From Naegleria gruberi (taxonomy: Eukaryota): a stretch of 64,000 bases of DNA. The notes under the pieces were generated by a model, which had not been told where the DNA came from, did no database searches, and saw nothing but the letters and a program-made list of their open reading frames with translations. Location: the NCBI GenBank assembly GCA_000004985.1, contig GG738845.1. One strand, written 5' to 3'. Positions 53,859 through 62,802 of the stretch are shown here, piece after piece. Both the position numbers and the translations under genes were made by a program. The first letter of the stretch is position 1; every line of letters starts with the position of its first letter.

Positions 53859-55385
53859 ATGACGGAAATACAATCAAAGGGTTCTGAACAGTCTTCAAAG
53901 ACAATAATGTTCAATGTTTGTAAGAATGAGTACGGAACACCTAAAAACAACTTACAAAAGCTCTATAAAAAACTAAGGATGGAATATAAAACGATAATGT
54001 AAGTGATGATGACAATACAATTTCTAAAGAGTCCTGCAAATAGCAATGAAGAGGATTTTAACCTTGAAAAATTAAAACAAGCGGATTTGGTAATATTTTG
54101 TGGCCCTAGGTTGAAGTTTACAGAGCAAGAGGTACGTAAATTAATTTGGAATTTTCATACCCAACAATTGTAGTTTGCTGCCATAGGACAATATATTAAA
54201 GAGGGAGGAAGCGTGCTATTCCAATTAGGAGAGGGAGGTGAACCAAGATTTGAAACTAATATTAACTATCTTTTAGAAGAATGGGGTGTTTTCATTAATT
54301 CCGATACTGTGATCAGAACATCCTTCTTTAAATATTACCATCCAAAGGAAGTTTGTGTACAAAAGGGTGTGCTTAACAGATCAATTAATAGAGAGGCTGG
54401 TAAAGGAAACGATCTTGGTAGTGATTTATCAGATCCAAACTCTCACCTTACATTCGTTTATCCATATGGAGCCACTTTAAATGTTGAAAGTCCATCAACT
54501 GCCATTCTTGCTTCTGGGCATATTTCATATCCTGTTAATAGACCTGTATGTGCCTTTTATTCCTCCAAAAATGACAAAGGGAGAGTAGCTGTTATTGGAA
54601 GTGTTCATTTATTTGATGATAAGTGGCTGGAAAAAGAGGAAAACTCAGTTCTTCAAGATGTAATTTTCAAATGGCTGTTGTTTGGATTTGATTTGAATCA
54701 GATTGATGCAACTTCACCAGAAGTTAATGATTATCAATTCCTTCCTGATTCCAAATCACTTTCTGAAAAGGTTAAACCATGTCTACAGGAGAGCGAGGAG
54801 CTGCCCATTGATTTTACAGAATTGTTTGTGGACAAGATGTTTAAATTTGATACTGATTTGATACCTGAGGCTGTTAATTTATATGCTCAACTTGGTGTGA
54901 AACATTCACCTCTTACTTTGATTCCACCTGCTTTTGAAACTCCATTGCCGAGTTTAAGACCTGCAGTTTATCCTCCTTCACTTCGAGAATTTGCCCCTCC
55001 AGAAATTGACCTTTTTGATTTGGATGAACAATTTGCCTCTGAAGATGTTCGTTTGGCTCAACTCACTAACAGATGTACAGATGAGGATGCTGATTATTTT
55101 ATTCAGAAGGCTGGAGAAATTGTTGGTGTTACCAAATTATTGAAATCTGAATATTCTTTCAGTGCAAAACATATTCTTGAATTAATGTTTAGACAGATAG
55201 TGCAATTCAAGAAGGTTAATCCAAGTAATGAAGACATTTTGCCATCACATTTGAGGCACAATAAGGTTCTTCCAAAGTTGGCAAAAAATATTGAAACCAT
55301 ATCAAACCCTGTAACAAATCCTCCAACACCAATTTCTTCTCCACTCAGAGGAGGAAATTTGAGTGATGATGAATATGTAGATTAA
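53859..55385 (+). CDS. IFT52: Intraflagellar transport protein IFT52 (IFT-B core), 3 exons 53859..53998, 54032..54131, 54174..55385
   Basis: GEGGEPRFETNINYLLEEWGVFINSDTVIRTSFFKYYHPKEVCVQKGVLNRSINREAGK is near-identical to the human IFT52 GIFT domain; also ...LTFVYPYGATLNV...FYSSKNDKGRVAVIGSVHLFDDKWLEKEENS. N-terminal exons (TIMFNVCKNEY... / ...VIFCGPRLKFTEQE) are collinear with human IFT52. Introns of 33 and 42 nt. Confidence 0.9.
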
Positions 55386-55536
55386 AGATGTTAAAACTGT
55401 TTTAATATTACACTTATCCAACTTTGTATCTTTATTAATAATTATTGCTATTTTGCTATTTTCGTTTCAAAGCAGAAAAAATTCTTTTTTGGTCTTGTTG
55501 GTTATTAATATTTTGGCTTAAGACTCTTTAAAAAAA

Positions 55537-56295
55537 ATGCGTACACCATACATTGGAGGAAACTGGAAGTGCAACGGAACTGTTGAATCAATCAAACAAC
55601 TTGTCCAAGATTTAAATCAAGGACCTTCAACTGAAGGAAAAGTTGAAGTTATTGTTGCTCCATCATCTATCCACATTGGTCTTGTTCAATCACTTAACTT
55701 GAGAAAAGATTGGAAGATCAGTGCTCAAAATATTGTTCAAGAAAAGAACGGTGGAGCCTTTACTGGTGAAATCAGTGCTTCAATGTTGAAGGATTTAGGT
55801 ATCGATAGTACTCTTCTTGGTCATAGTGAACGTCGACATGTTTTTGGTGAGTCAAACACTGTTATTGCCAAGAAGGTAAAGGTTTCAGAGGAAGTTGGCT
55901 TGACAATTATTGGATGTGTTGGTGAAACTTTAGAAGAAAGGGAAAGAGGAGAAACCAATCAAGTCATTACCTCACAATTGAAGGATTTCAATGTTACTAA
56001 TTGGGACAAGTTTGTTATTGCTTATGAACCTGTATGGGCCATCGGAACTGGTAAAACAGCCTCTCCTCAACAAGCACAAGAAGCTCACAAGGTTTTGAGA
56101 GATTGGTTGGCTGATAATGTAAATTCCGAAGTTGCTCAAAAAGTCAGAATTATCTATGGTGGTAGTGTAAATAGTGCCAACTCTGATGAACTTATTAAGC
56201 AACCAGATATTGATGGATTCCTTGTTGGTGGTGCATCCCTCAAGAGCAAGGACTTCTTGTCAATTGTTAATTCTGGTTTGAAAAGTGTCGAATGA
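55537..56295 (+). CDS. TPI1: Triosephosphate isomerase
   Basis: MRTPYIGGNWKCNGT...AYEPVWAIGTGKTASP...IIYGGSVNSAN...FLVGGASLK: canonical TIM catalytic motifs. 252 aa, single exon, aaaaaaaATG context. Confidence 0.95.
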   Translation: MRTPYIGGNWKCNGTVESIKQLVQDLNQGPSTEGKVEVIVAPSSIHIGLVQSLNLRKDWKISAQNIVQEKNGGAFTGEISASMLKDLGIDSTLLGHSERRHVFGESNTVIAKKVKVSEEVGLTIIGCVGETLEERERGETNQVITSQLKDFNVTNWDKFVIAYEPVWAIGTGKTASPQQAQEAHKVLRDWLADNVNSEVAQKVRIIYGGSVNSANSDELIKQPDIDGFLVGGASLKSKDFLSIVNSGLKSVE

Positions 56296-56412
56296 CTCAA
56301 TTTAAGACAAAGTAAATTGTAATTTAAATTTTATTTACAATAGCTTCACATAATTTTTCATATTCAGAGCTGGTAGTTAAGGTTATTAGAATAATAACAA
56401 ATAATGCTCTAC

Positions 56413-59400
56413 TTACTTATTTTTGTGTTTAAACATGTTGAGGAAATTGAATCTGTAATCTTTGTTTTCCTTTAGGATAGTACTTAGTACACCAACATCA
56501 CAAAGGAGGGTTGCAATAAGGAGAGCATAGCCAATTGTTTCTCCTTCAACAAAACATTCTAATAAATGCTCTAGATCATTTTTCAAATCTGTTGTAATAT
56601 ATAATAGGTTTTGAGTGGTTGTAAAATATTCATGATTCAATAAGTGTTCGTTTTGTTTGGTATCTAACATATTGTTGACGGCTGACTTGTTGGCTCTTGG
56701 AATGTTGAAGGATTTGTGAATTTTGGAGAACATTTCCTCCCATGAGGGAGAATCTTCAATAAGTGTGGATGGGAATTTACCAGACTTGAGTTTCTCTCCA
56801 TCTTGTAACCATTTCTTCAAAGATACAGTCTTTATGGATCTCTCCAATTGGAGTAAGGCAAATAGATCACAACTTGTCATTAGTTCTCTCATCTGTATGG
56901 AAATGATACTTTCTACAATTGGATTATCTTCTTTCTCGGACATTTCAGTATTATCTTCAGCCTTTTTCTCCTCTTCTATTAAATTAATGAAACGCAAAAT
57001 GTCATTTGCTAATTCAAACTCTAATTGTGAGAGAGTAATGGTCAAGACTTGATATGAAAACTTCAAAACTTGATCAATACCTTCGGTGTGTTGTAATATT
57101 TTCAACATGTTAGCAGCTGAGTGTACGGATTTTTTATGGATGAAACTCTCAAACATAGCTAGAGGAGACTGTGGCAAACATTTGAAAATCTTGTCCCAAT
57201 GTACAATATCTGTTTTTCTCAAACAATTAACAACAATATCTAAAAGTGTTATTAATAATTTGTAATAAAGCTTACCATTAAATTGTGAAAAGTGGTGCAA
57301 GAAATTTACAACTTTCTGGAGGGAATCCCTCATATCTACTTTTACAAATTTGTGGTCCTCTTGTAATTTTTCAATTGATAAATAACTAGAGCTATCTGTA
57401 CTTCCCAAAGCACAATGTAGCATCCATTCCAAATTAGCAGTGAAGGAGGCCATTGGAGAATTTTGAAAGGCAGGTAAATTCTTGGTAAATGAAACCAACT
57501 TTTCATGATCCTCTTCCGAAGACTCAATCAAAAATCCTAATAAGAGGCCATGTATATAGGGGTACATTTTTGGTTGCATTTCATAATGAGGAAACCCCAG
57601 AGGATTTTCAAGAAACAAAATTTCACGACCACTAAATCTATGAGGAGAAAGATCTGAAATTTTGGTGGAAGACTTCTTCTTTTCTATAGGAGCACAAATT
57701 CTTTGTTTAACACTTTCTGATATTTGTAAAAAAACTCCAAACTCTTTTAACATTCCAATTGGCACACCCTCTGTATCGAAAGGGATTATATTTTTGACCT
57801 TGACATGGTTTAATTTTGGTAATTGTGAAAGATCTACAATTGATAAATCAGTTCCTCCTCTGCTCATTTTTCCATTAAAGGTAAAATAAACCATATTATC
57901 ACCAAACGATTTTTCTGTGTCAATCCAAATACCGTCAACTCCCCTCTCTAAGATGAGTTCCATTCTTGAACCATGTAATCTGAAGGCGCCAATATCTCCA
58001 TTCGTGTGTAAAAATATTAATCTGGTTGATGAGAGTAATTTAGTATTTTCAGAGGAATTGATACTACACCTAGAATGGCAAGAAACACTAATCATAGACT
58101 TTGGAGGTATTGAATGAAATTTAGACATGTCTATCACTTCAAGCTTTGTTAATGATACAGAAATACTATTATTATTACCATAGTCAATTGGGCATGTATA
58201 AATGTGTAGTGTCATTGATTCATCGTACATAAAAATCAAATGTACTAATTTCATTTGATTTTCTGTAATTCTTAACAATACAGATGTAGTATCAATAAAA
58301 AGAATATTTGAATTTGTAATTATACGCTTCTCTAATCTTGTTGTATCACTCAAGTGATGTTTTGGGTAGAGAAGTAATTCACTTTCACCAAGGTCATTTC
58401 TAGAAACAATTGCCAATACAATATTATCAATCCAAACCATTCCAATACAATTAATACAATACTCTTGTTCAAGATTTCCAAACATTCTCCACTTTTTAAC
58501 ATTTCCAGAATAAATTATACATCCTTTTCTTCCAGATAATGCTAAAGAATTACCATCAGGACTTGTAGCAACATTTTCTATAGGATAATTGAAACCAAGA
58601 TAGGAACGAGGTATTTCAAGAGGTTCCCAGTCAGCATTTACAAAATCAGTTCCAGAAGACATGTGAAATCTCAGTAATTTTTCGCTTGTTTGAAGTACAA
58701 CCTTAGAATTTTTACTTTGTGCAAAATTATTGGATAGAATACTCTTACAAAAAGTAAAATCAGCAAGGGTACTAGTACCATTAGAAACAGCAACGAGATG
58801 GCACCCGTCACTATTCCAAACAAGTGATCTGACACCAGATCCGAACGGTTCAATAAGCTTGTTTTTAGAAACATGTGTCTGATTGGTTTGAGACAGAATA
58901 CTACATGGTTCAATTCAATTGGTAAAAAAGTACTCACCTTTGCATTTCCTTTTCTGAAAATTGGGGTAAAGTTGTCATTATACAAATACCTGAAATGTGA
59001 AAAACAGCAAATCCCCTCTTACTGAATCCCACAGCTACCACTAAGCCATCATGGGGGCTGAAACATATGGATGCAACTGATCCAAGTTCTTTTCGTGTAG
59101 AAAAATACAGTTGTTAACATGATAGATTCATTACTAACCTTCATAGGTGAATCCTCTGTAGGCTAAAGAGAGACGAGATCTTTCAGTCAATTGATTGTTT
59201 TTTGCAATTTCAAAGAGAATAACCTGACTATTTTTACATCCAACAGCCAATAGATTATTTGCCTTATTAAATTGAACGCATACAGCCTCAAGATTTTCAA
59301 TAACTCGAAGAGTTCTAAGATTTTGTAAATCCATTGTCTTTTCTGAAATAATTATTAAAACTGCACCCAATTCTAACACAATAGCAAAAATATTATTATT

Positions 59401-60132
59401 GGTATTATAACTAAGGCTTTTGATAGACTTGATGAGAGAAATTCAACTCAAAATGTTATGAGAAACCTACAAGTAATCTGTCATCTTGCTCCACTAGTTT
59501 TTTTGATGTTGATGATAATTGTTGTAAAATAAAATCCGAGCCAATGTATTGGGAAAAGTTTTTTGATTTGCTCTTTTCAAATTCAGTTTTTGTAAAAAGT
59601 AAACCTCCAGTATTTGTTCCAATTATAATTCCAGTTTTTTTGTCTGATGCACATATCCCACCAATATTTCCATATTCACATTCCAACTCGGCATACTCGG
59701 AAATGTTTAATTTCTCATGAAAAGATGATGTATTATTTGTTCTTTGTTTGATATATTCTTGTTCATAGGAAGATCCAGATTGAACGGAATGTAGTTGATA
59801 TCCACTTATTTTAAAAACAAGTACTGAATTATTTGAAAGAGATACGATGAGTAGGGAATAGGAAGGGAATATCTTCCACAAAATATCGGCTTTTGGTAAA
59901 TATTTTACCTTTGCTCTATATTCTAAATGGTAACCATCCTATTTTCATTAAAATTGAATCACCATTTGCAAATAATTACCTGTTCAATTGTCCAAATAGA
60001 AATGTGTTTAGATGTTGCTACTGCCAACAAGGGTAAATTTTCGTTAAAAGCAACCCCACATATTTCCTCGTTTTCATCTATCCTGTCCACACATTTGATT
60101 GTGTTAACCCAACCAACAGGAAAGTGTACCAT
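56413..60132 (-). CDS. RIC1: RIC1 (Rab6 GEF complex subunit), about 1150 aa; 5 exons 60132..59980, 59938..59471, 59337..59139, 59088..58938, 58900..56413
   Basis: N-terminus MVHFPVGWVNTIKCVD...LPLLAVATSKHISIWTIEQ is collinear with the human RIC1 start (MYFLSGWPKRLLCP...FFAVLAAARLSIWYSRP). Mid-region ICFSPHDGLVVAVGFSKRGFAVFHISGICI; KKWRMFGNLEQE matches KKWKLFGNITQE. Introns of 41, 133, 50 and 37 nt (donors GTAATT, GTAGGT, GTTAGT, GTGAGT); phases consistent. Confidence 0.7.
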
Positions 60133-60213
60133 TTTTTTGATGATTTTTCATCACTTTCAAGAATGGTCCAAAAAACTGTGAGCTCATCCTACCTATAATT
60201 GATTTAAAAAATT

Positions 60214-60294
60214 CGCGGTCTACAGGATTCGAACCTGTGCGGGTCGCCCCAATTGATTTCTAGTCAATCACCTTAACCACTCGGTCAAGACCGC
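60214..60294 (-). tRNA. tRNA-Ser (anticodon AGA), long variable arm
   Basis: The minus-strand sequence GCGGTCTTGACCGAGTGGTTAAGGTGATTGACTAGAAATCAATTGGGGCGACCCGCACAGGTTCGAATCCTGTAGACCGCG folds as a cloverleaf. Anticodon loop CTAGAAA; T-loop GGTTCGAATCC; near-identical to metazoan tRNA-Ser-AGA. No intron. Confidence 0.9.
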
Positions 60295-60348
60295 TTCATG
60301 ATGGCAAACAAACTAAAATTAATTGGTGAAAGGTATGAATTTTTACTT

Positions 60349-62715
60349 TTAATCGATTGACAGATTCAAGTCCCTTCTCCAGTGTAGGGGAAGTTTGCAT
60401 TGTGTAATGAGTGCTAAATATTTGATTTTCTCTTTGCCTGAAATCATATTCTGTGAAAAACAATAATCAATAAATGAAACCAGTTTGGTGTTGATGAGTT
60501 GGTGAACAATTTGATGGGCCAGTTTTTCAGAGCCATTTAGTGGTGGGTAAATTTCAAACCAAGGAAGTACGGATTCTGATATAATTGAAATACATTGTCT
60601 TACATATTCATCCACTAGACCAATGTCTTGTACTATTGAAGGGAATTTGAAATTATGTACAGTATTACATAATCTCTCAGTGATGGTCTCCATTATTTTT
60701 TTGTCTTCATTTGTGTTGGTAGGACTGGATAGTAAATACACTTTGTACTCTTTTACTATTTCTATAGCATTTCTGGTTTGAGTAAAGTCCATAGGATTGT
60801 AAATTTTAGATAAAGTATGCTGTATAAAAGGAAAGATGGTTTTTCTAATAATTTCTGGTAAAATTGTTTCCTCATCAATCTCATTGTTTTCACCGTAGTT
60901 AAAGAGCGTTTTCCAAAATTCAAATACTGAAAATGATGTACATAGTAATGGGCTAACAGACCAGGAAGGTAATTGGCCCTCAATATTTTTCATTTCACCA
61001 AAACTGATAGGGGAACCAGTAGTAAACAATTCATATCTTGAAAAGATTGAAAACATTTTTTGTAAACAAAGGCTGCAATATGTATCCCTATATAGGGAAG
61101 GATATTTGGATTTCCAACCCTCAAACCGAGTTTTCAGTAAAGTTAAACTATAATAATCCTCATCCACATCGTTGAAAACAGTTTTCATTTTTTCAACTAG
61201 TATTGCCACTTCCTGTAAAAATCTATCGTAGGTTATTTCTACTGTTCCATCTCCGCCAAAAGAAGCTGCACGCTCATATTGATCTTCTCTGTAAGCTGTT
61301 ATGAAAGAAGCATGTCCATGAAACGACTTTTCAAATAACTGTCTGTAATATCGCTCTTGTATGTCCAATATTTGAGATTCTATTATTTCAATCTCAGGAA
61401 GTTTTGTATCTAAAAGGTCCGATAAGTTGTCGGTAAATCTTCCCATTTCTTGGAAGTACTCATATTGTTCCTTGTATTGGTCTATATCTTCATTTAATTG
61501 AGAAAGATTCTTGGCGCAATGTTCGATATCGGTATTGGTATCTAAAACAACCTTCATACAGCCAGAATGAGAAATTTCAAGTTCTTTCATTCGTTCCAAT
61601 AATTGCTTTTCTACAATTTCAAAAGATTCTATAAGCTTGGTATCATTCTTTGAATCAAATCTATTAATGGATTCCTCTAACATTCTACTTTCTTCAATCT
61701 TTAGCATTGCTTCTTTTTCTACTTCTTCACTCGATTTGAATAAATTATTTTGTGTAAAAATTGTGGAAGAGTTTTCTGGAAGATACAAGCCTGCATTTCT
61801 CATTTGTTTCATTTCAAAATCAGTGATTTCTTTGTTTTTTTCTTCATCTTCAATAGATTCGGTATCATCCATCTCAATTTCTCCATATGATTCTTTTTGA
61901 TCTCCCTTATTCCTATCATCGTTAGGTTTTCCAAACATAATTTTTGATTCCTTCCAAGATTCGAACACTTCTTCATCCCTGTTAATAATTTCATCTATAT
62001 TATCTTCAAAATCATCATCTCTCACCAATCTTCCCTCATCTAGATTTTTATGTAAAACAATGTCTCCATTTTTCATAACTATTGAATAATTACTGTTGTT
62101 GGAAAATCCTAAACCGGGTTTATCCGGCATGTATTCAAGAGGTATGTATTCCTCAGATTCTGAAACTGTACTATTTTCTTGATTATTTCCTTCCCTAATT
62201 TTTTTTCTTTTCATCTTGATAGCCTGAATTGTAATATCGTCTGGTATTTCTGTTTGATCTTGATTAGTCATGACATCGTCGACAGTTAAATCCTCATCAT
62301 TAACATGTACCACTACTGTGGTAACTGTTGGCTCATGAATTATAGGGGTTTCCTGTACATTTCGTTTCCTTTTTTTAAGATCTGAAGTTGAAAATGTTGC
62401 ATTTTGTTTAGTATTCCTCTTTTCTCTCGGTTGAAATTTCAAAGTTGAGTCTTCTTGCTGTTTATAATTTTCTTGAAGTATTTGCTCATTGTGCATTGAT
62501 CCATACAATTCAAGAAAATCTATGGTAGTAGTATTGGATTTTTTCGTACTAGATGAAGTAACAGAAACTATTGCTTGCTTCTCCGATAATAAATCGCTAA
62601 TAGCCCGTTGGTCATTTTCATTTATAACGACACTGCTTTCATCCAACACTGTATTATTGGCACCTTCTTTGCCCCGTTGATTGGAGGAACTCTTCGCAAC
62701 CCTTTTTTTAATCAT
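60349..62715 (-). CDS. GCFC-domain protein, PAXBP1/GCFC2-like (splicing/intron-lariat turnover associated), 788 aa
   Basis: C-terminal region VFNDVDEDYYSLTLLKTRFEGWKSKYPSLYRDTYCSLCLQKMF resembles the PAXBP1 GCFC domain ([43 protein letters not shown]). Acidic/low-complexity N-terminal half; no G-patch seen. ATG at 62715. Confidence 0.55.
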   Translation of the reverse strand: MIKKRVAKSSSNQRGKEGANNTVLDESSVVINENDQRAISDLLSEKQAIVSVTSSSTKKSNTTTIDFLELYGSMHNEQILQENYKQQEDSTLKFQPREKRNTKQNATFSTSDLKKRKRNVQETPIIHEPTVTTVVVHVNDEDLTVDDVMTNQDQTEIPDDITIQAIKMKRKKIREGNNQENSTVSESEEYIPLEYMPDKPGLGFSNNSNYSIVMKNGDIVLHKNLDEGRLVRDDDFEDNIDEIINRDEEVFESWKESKIMFGKPNDDRNKGDQKESYGEIEMDDTESIEDEEKNKEITDFEMKQMRNAGLYLPENSSTIFTQNNLFKSSEEVEKEAMLKIEESRMLEESINRFDSKNDTKLIESFEIVEKQLLERMKELEISHSGCMKVVLDTNTDIEHCAKNLSQLNEDIDQYKEQYEYFQEMGRFTDNLSDLLDTKLPEIEIIESQILDIQERYYRQLFEKSFHGHASFITAYREDQYERAASFGGDGTVEITYDRFLQEVAILVEKMKTVFNDVDEDYYSLTLLKTRFEGWKSKYPSLYRDTYCSLCLQKMFSIFSRYELFTTGSPISFGEMKNIEGQLPSWSVSPLLCTSFSVFEFWKTLFNYGENNEIDEETILPEIIRKTIFPFIQHTLSKIYNPMDFTQTRNAIEIVKEYKVYLLSSPTNTNEDKKIMETITERLCNTVHNFKFPSIVQDIGLVDEYVRQCISIISESVLPWFEIYPPLNGSEKLAHQIVHQLINTKLVSFIDYCFSQNMISGKEKIKYLALITQCKLPLHWRRDLNLSID

Positions 62716-62802
62716 TTTTTTTGTTGGTTGAACGTGTTTTTACTTAAAAAATTATATTCATCAAGTTTTATTGGACACTACTTGATAATTATCACAACTA
62801 GG

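Noticed and set aside
55386-55536. U2-snRNA-like string TTTTGGCTTAAGA upstream of TPI
   Set aside because: Only a 9-nt resemblance to the U2 5' region (UUUUGGCUAAGA). The flanks lack the GCUUCUCGGCC and Sm-site features; treated as chance.
58671-58985. 104-aa hydrophobic minus-strand ORF upstream of the listed RIC1 ORF
   Set aside because: Out-of-frame read-through of RIC1 exon 4, a 37-nt intron and exon 5; the real RIC1 frame continues through this region after splicing. The ORF begins at a TTG.
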